From Minisyncoccia bacterium (lineage in GTDB: Bacteria > Patescibacteriota > Minisyncoccia > Phycocordibacterales > JAACPR01): a stretch of DNA of 54,827 bases. Positions 26,079-32,898 of this stretch are shown here, piece by piece. Location: positions 1 through 54,827 of the forward strand of contig JBILMG010000001.1 of the NCBI GenBank assembly GCA_044375695.1. Direction: 5' to 3'. How positions within the stretch are numbered: the stretch's first letter is position 1; every line of letters begins with the position of its first letter. A program made the translations under genes and the position numbers. The notes under the pieces were generated by a model. The model was not told the DNA's origin. It saw only the letters and a list, made by a program, of their open reading frames with translations, and did no database searches.

Positions 26079-26528
26079 TTAGGCGCCGGATACAATCTTG
26101 AGCGAGAGCACGCCGAGGAGCTGCTGCAGGGCGAGGGCGGCGTCAATCTGCTGGCCGAAACGCTCGTCGATGAGCGTGACGGTAACCTCGTCTAGGCGCG
26201 TCAGGAGGCCGATTCCCGTGTCCGTGATTCGGACCACCACCTTGCGGCGATCGTCGACGGCGTGGCGGCGCTGGAGGAAACCTAGCTTCTCGAGGCGGTC
26301 TACGGTTCCGGTAGCCGACGCGGTCGAGGTGCCTAGCCACTTCGCGACATCCGTCATTATGACCTCTCCGCGCTCCGCGGCGATGTGCCGCATCAGGTTG
26401 GACTGCCTAGGGCTGACGTTCTCCTTGTTGAGGATTGGCGCGAGCGCGGGGGCTACCTCCACCGAGAGCTGGTGAAGGATAATGGAGAGGGCAATTGCGT
26501 TCTGTCTTTGGTTTCTTGTCTTTTGCAT
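26079..26528 (-). CDS. MarR family transcriptional regulator
   Basis: Winged-HTH pattern ...MTDVAKWLGTSTASATGTVDRLEKLGFLQRRHAVDDRRKVVVRITDTG; the ATG at 26528 is preferred to 26729. Confidence 0.8.
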   Translation of the reverse strand: MQKTRNQRQNAIALSIILHQLSVEVAPALAPILNKENVSPRQSNLMRHIAAERGEVIMTDVAKWLGTSTASATGTVDRLEKLGFLQRRHAVDDRRKVVVRITDTGIGLLTRLDEVTVTLIDERFGQQIDAALALQQLLGVLSLKIVSGA

Positions 26529-26777
26529 TTTCGTATTTCTTTGTCGGCGGGTTTTCCCCGCGCTGCTTTGGCATTCCCATCCGCACGGGTAGCCGATTGG
26601 TTCGCGGTGCGGCCGCGGCCGGAGGCGTTCATCGTCAGCTTCGCGGGCAAGAGCCCGGAGAGGCGACGCGTTAAGGCCGGCATGTCGTCTTTTTCGGTTT
26701 CGAAAGGACGTCGCGCCAACTTTTAACACATTTTCGTAAATTTGCCATTACCCGACGCGGCGGGTAGGGTGGCCGCC

Positions 26778-27350
26778 ATGTTCATTACTAAAGGTATCGA
26801 CGCAGACTGCTTCGCCGAAATGCGCGGCGGCAAAAAGTTCTACGAGCTGCGCCTGGGAGATTTTCCCGGCCGCGCGGGCGACATTCTGGCTCTCAGGGAA
26901 AAAGGTGCCGACGGCAGCTACACCGGCCAGGTGCTGGCCTACCAGATCACCTACGCCTCGACGTTCCGCCTCGACGCGCTGCCCTGGCCACGCGAGGAGG
27001 TCGACCGTCTGGGCATCGCACTCATGTCGGTCGAGCCAATCGGCGGAGGGCGGCAAGACGGCGACGTGCCGCTCAAGACCTGGCCGACCTACTTCGAAGA
27101 GGTCTTCGTTGGCCGCAAGCGCCACGAGTTCCGCCTGGGCGATCGCCTGTACCCGCCCGGCACGGTTCTGCTCCTAGAGGAGTGGGACCACGAGGCTAAG
27201 CCTCCTGCCTACACCGGCTGCTACTGCCGCGTCCGCGTGACGCAGTCGCGCCGCTGGAGCCTCGCCGAGCTCGGCCGCTTCTGGTCGCTCGCCGAAATCG
27301 AGGAGAAGGGCCTCTGCGCGATTAGCCTCTACCCGCTCGACGCCGCCTAA
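26778..27350 (+). CDS. Tandem ASCH/DUF3850 (PUA-like) domain protein
   Basis: The second half, LKTWPTYFEEVFVGRKRHEFRLGDRLYPPGTVLLLEEW, matches the DUF3850 signature; the first half has a similar KKFYELRLGDF pattern. Confidence 0.7.
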   Translation: MFITKGIDADCFAEMRGGKKFYELRLGDFPGRAGDILALREKGADGSYTGQVLAYQITYASTFRLDALPWPREEVDRLGIALMSVEPIGGGRQDGDVPLKTWPTYFEEVFVGRKRHEFRLGDRLYPPGTVLLLEEWDHEAKPPAYTGCYCRVRVTQSRRWSLAELGRFWSLAEIEEKGLCAISLYPLDAA

Positions 27351-27693
27351 CCGGGCGGCTTTTCTTTTTCCGCGGGGAGGGTAGGGTGGGGCGGATGACC
27401 GCGCTCGCACCTTCACGTTCCAGTGGCCAGAAATCGCCCAAACAGAAACCCTTCCGCCTCCCGTTCCGCACGCTGCGCCCGCAGCCGCCGCGGCGAGATT
27501 TCGGCGGCCGCCCGCCGCTTAACGTGTGTGGCCCGGAGGCGGGGAAGAGCCCGACCCCGAGCCACGCCCGGCGTTCGTGCCCACCTACATCGCGGGCGTG
27601 CCGATCCTCGGCTTTGCCGGCTTCCGGCTCGTCCAGCCCCGCTCCTAGGAGGGGGCTTTTCTTTTTCAAAATATGTGTTAGGGTTTGGAACGA

Positions 27694-28089
27694 ATGCCCC
27701 TTCGAACACCTCGTCTTTTGATGACGTTGGTAGTCGCGCTGTCCGGGGCTGCCATAGCCGCCCCGCGTCGCCCCGACGATCCAATCGCCGTCGCGTGCGG
27801 TCCGCCTCCGGCTCTCGAGCCGGTCGAGCTGCCGGACATGGCCGCGCTCGCCCAAGAGTACTCGTTCTCGGCGTTCGAATCGCAAGACGACCTCTACTAC
27901 GAGCCCACGGCCGAACCACCGCCCCCAGCGATTTCCCGCCACGTCGACCTCGCGTCGTCGCAGCGGGCCTCCGCCGGAACCAGAACCAAAACCGCGGGAC
28001 GAGTCCGCATCCGCGGACCTCCAGCAAAAAGCAGAGCAGCCCACTCACTCATGGCGGGCTGCTCTTTTCTTTTGGCCGAACGGCTATAG
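27694..28089 (+). CDS. Possible secreted hypothetical protein (weak)
   Basis: Signal-like MPLRTPRLLMTLVVALSGAAIA, but the ORF reads through a terminator hairpin (about 28033-28070) and its C-terminus looks non-protein-like. Confidence 0.3.
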   Translation: MPLRTPRLLMTLVVALSGAAIAAPRRPDDPIAVACGPPPALEPVELPDMAALAQEYSFSAFESQDDLYYEPTAEPPPPAISRHVDLASSQRASAGTRTKTAGRVRIRGPPAKSRAAHSLMAGCSFLLAERL

Positions 28090-28299
28090 CCCCTGCAGGA
28101 CGTCGAGCCCGCCGGTGTAGGCCGAGAGACCCGAGAGCATGCTGGGCAGGGCGAAGGCGAAGAGGAGCAGGGGAATCACGAAGGCGGCCACCGTGATGAT
28201 GCCCGTCCACAGGAAAATCGTGTACAGGCGCTTGGTGACCTTGGCCACCTCGTCAATCTTGGCTTCGAGCGCCGCGAGGCGCGCTTCAATTTCTGGCAT
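28084..28299 (-). CDS. Small membrane protein with an N-terminal coiled-coil segment
   Basis: MPEIEARLAALEAKIDEV followed by two TM segments; an alternative GTG lies at 28323. Confidence 0.5.
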   Translation of the reverse strand: MPEIEARLAALEAKIDEVAKVTKRLYTIFLWTGIITVAAFVIPLLLFAFALPSMLSGLSAYTGGLDVLQGL

Positions 28300-28370
28300 G
28301 GGCCTATTGTACCCCCGCTCCACAAGGTCCCCATCGTCGGCTCATCGGCCGGCGGTATAATCGCCCCACG

Positions 28371-28865
28371 ATGCTGAGCCAAAGAGACCTAGAGCAGATT
28401 CGCCAAATCACCCGCGAGGTATCCGCGGAGGTTTCCAGAGAGGTTCTTCGGGAAGAGCTACCCAAAGCTTTCGAGATTTTCGAAATCAGAATGGACCGAA
28501 AAATGGACGCTCGCTTCGCCGCGCAGGAGCGCTGGATCACCACCCGCTTCGATCGGCTCGAGGGCGAAATCGACGGCTTGGCCCAGGCTACCGCGGCCGG
28601 ATTTGCCCGCGTGGACGAGCGCTTCGCTCAGGTGGACGAGCGCTTCGCTCAGGTGGATGAACGCTTCGATCAGGTGGATGAACGCTTCGCTCGGGTAGAT
28701 GAGCGCTTCGATCAAATGGACGAACACCTTACCCAGGTCGACGCCCGGCTGGAGCGCGTCGAATCCAGGCTGGGCGCGGCTGACGCCCTCGACCCGGATG
28801 CTCCCGACGGCGAGGCGGGGGAGGGCCCGTGGCTCCCGCCGCTTCGCCCCGCGCCCGAACGTTAA
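28371..28865 (+). CDS. Coiled-coil protein with VDERFAQ heptad repeats
   Basis: TATAAT at 28356-28361, 9 nt before the ATG; six tandem heptads. Confidence 0.65.
   Translation: MLSQRDLEQIRQITREVSAEVSREVLREELPKAFEIFEIRMDRKMDARFAAQERWITTRFDRLEGEIDGLAQATAAGFARVDERFAQVDERFAQVDERFDQVDERFARVDERFDQMDEHLTQVDARLERVESRLGAADALDPDAPDGEAGEGPWLPPLRPAPER
28611..28736 (+). repeat. 21-bp tandem repeat x6 (in-frame heptads)
   Basis: GTGGACGAGCGCTTCGCTCAG repeated, with increasing divergence toward the 3' end. Confidence 0.9.
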
Positions 28866-28992
28866 GGCTTGGGGCCTTTCCCGGCCGTCCCCGTCCTTGA
28901 AGAAACCCCGAAACTAAGGTAATTTTTGCCCGTCCCGTCCGCTATTTGCCCGCCGCCCGTCTTGCCCTTTGCCCCCGTCCGTCCCTACCCAT

Positions 28993-29063
28993 TGCGGGAT
29001 CGTCTAATGGTAGGACCCACGACTCTGAATCGTGTTATCTAGGTTCGAATCCTAGTCCCGCAG
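28993..29063 (+). tRNA. tRNA-Gln (CTG)
   Basis: TGCGGGA TC GTCT AATGGTA GGAC C CACGA CT-CTG-AA TCGTG TTAT CTAGG TTCGAAT CCTAG TCCCGCA G; no encoded CCA. Confidence 0.9.
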
Positions 29064-29109
29064 CAAAAACGAAAGCCTCGCCGCTAACCCGGCGAGGCTT
29101 TCGTTTTTG
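29064..29109 (+). terminator. Terminator hairpin after tRNA-Gln
   Basis: CAAAAACGAAAGCCTCGCCG-CTAACCC-GGCGAGGCTTTCGTTTTTG; the helix can extend outward into TCCCGCAG/CTGCGGGA. Confidence 0.8.
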
Positions 29110-29297
29110 CTGCGGGAAGCAACCGTGCGGGGCACGGTTGCGCCTAGGATTCGAAGGCCGCAGCGGGGTACCCGTCGCCCGGCCCTGCGGCGATGGGTCG
29201 CGAAGCGGGGTCGCGAGCACTTTGGCTTTTGGAATCCGTTCCAGAATCAGAGGATTCCAAAAGACTTAGTGACTCGTGACCGAGCCTAGTCCCGCAG
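29110..29297 (+). repeat. tRNA-linked structured element, Gln copy A
   Basis: CTGCGGGA-AGC-[AACCGTGC GGG GCACGGTT]-GCG-CCTAGGATTCGAAGGCCGCAGCG...GGGTCGCGAGCAC..hairpin..CTTAGTGACTCGTGACCGAG-CCTAGTCCCGCAG, then CCA. Confidence 0.85.
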
Positions 29298-29375
29298 CCA
29301 GCTTGAGCGAGGTTCCCATGTCCGAGGTGCCCTTGGTTCCAGCAGCAGAACCGCTGAAATCTCCTTTGTGTTACT

Positions 29376-29939
29376 ATGGTGATTATGGAAAGCGTAGGCG
29401 TGCCGGAGAGAAACTCTCTTGATTCGACGGAGGGTGTCATGACAGAAAAGGTCGGAGAAAATATCCGGACAATTCCTGAATACAAGACAAAAGGGAAGCT
29501 TTCAGAATTCGAGGAAGACAAGGTGCCGCATCCCAGGAAGATACCCGACATCCGGGAGGTGAAGCTGTGGACTCTTGCCGGGAAGGATAGCGAAGCCTTC
29601 ATCCAGAGCGTGCACAAAAAAATCCTTCGAGTTGGTAAAAAATCTCCGGTGCTCGGGATAGAGGCTGCAAATTTCTTGCTTGCGAATGCGCCAGATGAAT
29701 GGAAGGGGTCCCGTATCCTGCTCTGGGACTTCTTCAGATCAAAGGATGATTTTCCCGTACTGAAGTACCTGGAGTTCGATACCGAAAATGAGGTCTGGCT
29801 GGTGAAGAACATCACCCTTGATGTGGGTGGTCTTGCGACGCCTGGTTTGCCGGGGGCCCACAACGGGACGAACATATGGGGCGATACGTGGAAAGTTCCT
29901 TTCGTGACTGAGCCTTTTGAAGAGTCGTACGACCTGTAG
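29376..29939 (+). CDS. Cassette ORF 1, hypothetical protein
   Basis: 187-aa ORF, visibly AT-richer than the backbone. The antisense 316-aa ORF (29144-30094) is Ser-rich and spans the repeats, so I rejected it. Confidence 0.6.
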   Translation: MVIMESVGVPERNSLDSTEGVMTEKVGENIRTIPEYKTKGKLSEFEEDKVPHPRKIPDIREVKLWTLAGKDSEAFIQSVHKKILRVGKKSPVLGIEAANFLLANAPDEWKGSRILLWDFFRSKDDFPVLKYLEFDTENEVWLVKNITLDVGGLATPGLPGAHNGTNIWGDTWKVPFVTEPFEESYDL

Positions 29940-30027
29940 GAATTTTTGGCGTCCGATGTGCCTCGTTTTATTGCCAAGACGAGTGCTTGCGGGGCAACGC
30001 CCGAAACAGCTACGAGCCCGAGCTGCC

Positions 30028-30079
30028 CAGCAAAAAAGAAGCCCGGCCACCTTGGGGTGGCCGGGCTTCTTTTTTGCTG
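30028..30079 (+). terminator. Terminator hairpin preceding Gln copy B
   Basis: CAGCAAAAAAGAAGCCCGGCCAC-CTTGG-GGTGGCCGGGCTTCTTTTTTGCTG. Confidence 0.75.
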
Positions 30080-30259
30080 CGGGAAGCGAGGCAACTGCTT
30101 GCCTCGCGCCTAGGATTCGAAGGGCGCAGCGATGCCGGAGGCTTTGCGACGGCCGCGAGCCGGGGTCGCGGGTACTTAGCCGTTTGGCGGCCAGAAAAAG
30201 AAACTTCACCTTCGCCGCCAAATCGGCTTAGTAACCCGTGACCGAACCTAGTCCCGCAG
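30077..30259 (+). repeat. tRNA-linked structured element, Gln copy B
   Basis: Same architecture as copy A. The variable hairpin is GAGGCA-ACTGCT-TGCCTC, the basal helix is the GGGTAC/GTAACCC variant, and it ends CCTAGTCCCGCAG then ACA. Confidence 0.85.
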
Positions 30260-30290
30260 ACAGCTTGAGCGAGGTTCCTGTGTCCGAGGT

Positions 30291-30824
30291 ATGTTGATGC
30301 TATATAATCTCGTCATGAAAAAATTAGACAAGAAAGCGGTCTGGCTCTTCTTTATCGGCTCGCTCGGAACAGTCGTCATTCTGTTCGTGGTGCTTGCGCT
30401 CTACGCACTTATCGAATCCCAGGCCGTGAGGGAAATTATCGAGCCCGATGTCGTCCTCCCCTGGGTCACCGTTGCAGCCGTCGCGCTGGTCGTGATTTCC
30501 TACATCTGGGCTCGGCTCACGTACCAGTTTTACCGCTACAACCTGACCGACCAAGGCTTCCAAAAAGAGTACGGAATCATCTGGAAAAAGTACGTCACCA
30601 TCCCGTACTCGCGCATCCAGAACGTGGACATCTACCGCGGTCTGCTCGCGAGGATTCTCGGTCTCTCCGACCTCAACATCCAGACCGCTGGCGCCGGCGT
30701 GCCCTCTGGTTCCGCTGCTGGATTCGGCGCCGAAGGGCGGTTGCCCGGCCTGTCTCGTGCCGACGCCGAGCACGTGCGCGATGAGCTCTTGCGCCGCGCG
30801 GGCTCGAAAGGTCAAGGTCTCTAG
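30291..30824 (+). CDS. Cassette ORF 2, bPH_2 (YdbS/YdbT-like, DUF304) membrane protein
   Basis: Two TM helices, then YRYNLTDQGFQKEYGIIWKKYVTIPYSRIQNVDIYRGLLARILGLSDLNIQTAG; an alternative ATG lies at 30315. Confidence 0.7.
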   Translation: MLMLYNLVMKKLDKKAVWLFFIGSLGTVVILFVVLALYALIESQAVREIIEPDVVLPWVTVAAVALVVISYIWARLTYQFYRYNLTDQGFQKEYGIIWKKYVTIPYSRIQNVDIYRGLLARILGLSDLNIQTAGAGVPSGSAAGFGAEGRLPGLSRADAEHVRDELLRRAGSKGQGL

Positions 30825-30863
30825 GGTCCGTCGCTAATTCCGGGAAATATAGTGCCGCGCCCC

Positions 30864-30923
30864 GTGGGGTAGCCATCACCCCGCCACCAGAAAGGTTCTA
30901 ACGTCGTCCAGCGCCCGCAGCCA
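30864..30923 (+). repeat. Short variant inter-cassette element 1
   Basis: Hairpin GTGGGGT-AGCCATC-ACCCCGC followed by CACCA, then AGGTTCTAACGTCGTCCAGCGCCCGCAGCCA. Confidence 0.7.
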
Positions 30924-30983
30924 ACGTTTTTGAGAGAGGTCCGTGTGTTCGGTCCGTTTCAGGCTCCGAGTGGCTGGTATAGA

Positions 30984-31883
30984 ATGTTGCCCATGGAAAA
31001 AGTAAATCCCAGCGGGTTGATTAGGAGAGGTTTCGCCTATCTCGTCGACTTTGTCGCCCTGTTTATTTTTTGGGCTTTCGTCGCAGGAAAATCATTCCTA
31101 ATCTCGGCTAACTGGAGCACCTATGACGGAAATTGGGTGACCGATATTAATTATCAGAATCCAGGAAACGCGCTCCTGTTCCTCCTGCTGCTCGTGGTGT
31201 ACTTCGCGGTGTGCGAAGCGGTGTCCGGGCGCACGCTTGGGAAGGTCGTCCTCGGCATCCGCGTCGTCGACGTTGTGTCTGGTAATCGTCCTGGTGCCCG
31301 CGCCGCTCTGCGAAACTTTCTCAGGCCTATCGATTTGGGCCTCGGGGTAATTTTTGCGCTGCTCTCCGGAAGGAATCAGACCCTGGGAGACCGAATTGCG
31401 GGAACCGTAGTTGTCCGGAACGGCGGGGAGGGTTTTCCCGTCGCCAAGCCGCCTACGGTTGGCAGGAAATTTCTTGCCGCCCTTCTTCTGCTCGGAGCAA
31501 TTTCTGGAGCCGTTGGCGTCGCGATGGCGATTCCCGAAATCTCATCGGCCAACAGGGCGGTGCTCGAGGTGGTGGGTGCGGCTCGCGCCGCGACGGTAAG
31601 CGGAGAGTACCTCCTGGTCCACGACCGCTTTGCCACGGCCTTTCAGCGGGAGATGCCGCTCGAGCGGCTCCCGGCTCTTTTCGAAGACCAGCGAGCCGGC
31701 GAGCTCTTCCAGCTTCTCGACCTAGAAAAGCTGAAGTTTGTGCGGTGGATGTTCGCCGGCGACCAGGTGGCTGTGTACGGATTGGACGGCACATCATCCC
31801 TCGTCTTTGTTTTCCAGAAGGAAGGCGATCCGGCCACCTGGAAAGTTCTCTCGATGGTTATCGATAACCCCACGGTTCAGTAG
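30984..31883 (+). CDS. Cassette ORF 3, RDD family membrane protein with a C-terminal extension
   Basis: RRGFAYLVDFV and GRTLGKVVLGIRVVD motifs; the start is uncertain (30984 or 30993; the track gives 30930). Confidence 0.7.
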   Translation: MLPMEKVNPSGLIRRGFAYLVDFVALFIFWAFVAGKSFLISANWSTYDGNWVTDINYQNPGNALLFLLLLVVYFAVCEAVSGRTLGKVVLGIRVVDVVSGNRPGARAALRNFLRPIDLGLGVIFALLSGRNQTLGDRIAGTVVVRNGGEGFPVAKPPTVGRKFLAALLLLGAISGAVGVAMAIPEISSANRAVLEVVGAARAATVSGEYLLVHDRFATAFQREMPLERLPALFEDQRAGELFQLLDLEKLKFVRWMFAGDQVAVYGLDGTSSLVFVFQKEGDPATWKVLSMVIDNPTVQ

Positions 31884-31888
31884 CTCGC

Positions 31889-31949
31889 GGTGGGGTAACC
31901 CTCACCCCGCCATCGCCCAGGTTCGAACGTCGTCCAGCGCCCGCAGCCA
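31889..31949 (+). repeat. Short variant inter-cassette element 2
   Basis: Hairpin GGTGGGGT-AACCCTC-ACCCCGCC, then CAGGTTCGAACGTCGTCCAGCGCCCGCAGCCA; collinear with 30864-30923. Confidence 0.7.
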
Positions 31950-32019
31950 GCTTGAGCGCGCCACGACCGTGTCCGAGGTGCCCCCCCCCAATGGAGGCGG
32001 CACGTGGTAGAATTTATCT

Positions 32020-32577
32020 ATGCAAACTGAAAAGTCTTTGTTATTCAGAATGTTTTCTGGCCGCCTCAACCGTCGTGGCCTACTGGTTGGCGTCGTCTGT
32101 TTGTGGCTTCTCGAGTACGCCGCGACGATCCCTACCTACATCATGCTCTTTACGTCTGGATCTCTTGGCGATTTGGCGACCGCTTCCGCTAGGGACGTAG
32201 ACCTCGCCATTGCCTCAAATTTTTTCAGCTTTTCAACTCCTTCTTATATCTACTGGGCGCTGTCTCTCGTCGTTCTGATTTCGGGTATCGGGGTGTTTGT
32301 CAGGCGTCTGCACGATATGGGTAGGGGGCCTGTCTTGGCAATTATCCTTGCCGTGACCACCGCGTACCCTACTGTCTTCGGGGTCTTTGCGTACAATTTT
32401 TCCCCCGACGTCCTAAAAATTCATGCCGGGTCAGTCTTCTTTACCGATAGCGTGATTGGAATTTTAAATTTAGGCCTGCTCCTGTTCCTCTTGCTGTCTC
32501 GCGGCGTTCCTGGCCCGAATCGATACGGTGAAGTCCCGCCGGAGAAGCAAAAAGTAGCAGAGGTGCTGCTCGGCTAA
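32020..32577 (+). CDS. Cassette ORF 4, DUF805 family membrane protein
   Basis: N-terminal FSGRLNRRG and VRRLHDMGRGP, typical of DUF805 (YhaH/YhaI-like). Confidence 0.7.
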   Translation: MQTEKSLLFRMFSGRLNRRGLLVGVVCLWLLEYAATIPTYIMLFTSGSLGDLATASARDVDLAIASNFFSFSTPSYIYWALSLVVLISGIGVFVRRLHDMGRGPVLAIILAVTTAYPTVFGVFAYNFSPDVLKIHAGSVFFTDSVIGILNLGLLLFLLLSRGVPGPNRYGEVPPEKQKVAEVLLG

Positions 32578-32659
32578 TTGCCGTCCGAGGTGCCTCCGTC
32601 TGTCGTCTGATGGATTGATTGCGGGGCAAAGGCTGAACCAGCCACGAGACCGAGGTGTC

Positions 32660-32711
32660 CAGCAAAAAGAATTGCCGGCCACCCCAAGGTGGCCGGCAAT
32701 TCTTTTTGCTG
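32660..32711 (+). terminator. Terminator hairpin preceding Gln copy C
   Basis: CAGCAAAAAGAATTGCCGGCCACC-CCAA-GGTGGCCGGCAATTCTTTTTGCTG. Confidence 0.75.
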
Positions 32712-32898
32712 CGGGAAGCGAACGTGGTGAACCCACGTTCGCGCCTAGGATTCGAAGGCCGCAGCGGGGTACCCGTCGCCCGGCCCTGCGGCGATGGGTC
32801 GCGAGGCGGGGTCGCGAGCACTTAGCCTTTCGGAATCCGTTCCAGAGTCAGAGGATTCCAAAAGACTTAGTGACTCGTGACCGAGCCTAGTCCCGCAA
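32709..32898 (+). repeat. tRNA-linked structured element, Gln copy C
   Basis: Near-identical to copy A except for the variable hairpin GAACGTGG-TGAAC-CCACGTTC; it ends CCTAGTCCCGCAA then CCA. Confidence 0.85.

Noticed and set aside
29110-29297. tmRNA or other known tRNA-like RNA (tmRNA, Y-RNA-like)
   Set aside because: The T arm is not intact: only its strands are present, split by about 130 nt. There is no resume-codon or tag ORF and no pseudoknot pattern. The arms match the local tRNA, which known RNAs of these classes do not do. This assignment is from memory only, so a cmscan would be decisive.
29144-30094. 316-aa minus-strand ORF across cassette 1
   Set aside because: It is Ser-rich and low-complexity, and it runs through two structured repeats and a terminator. 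The plus-strand 187-aa ORF is more protein-like and is bounded by the cassette motifs.
29110-32898. CRISPR array interpretation of the repeated elements
   Set aside because: The repeats are about 185 nt rather than 24-48 nt. The spacings are 0.8-2.6 kb and contain ORFs and terminators. No cas genes are present.
29110-32898. Classical integron (attC sites)
   Set aside because: There is no intI gene or attI. The boundaries lack R''/L''-L'/R' boxes (GTTRRRY core). Instead the repeats carry tRNA-derived arms and a long conserved scaffold.
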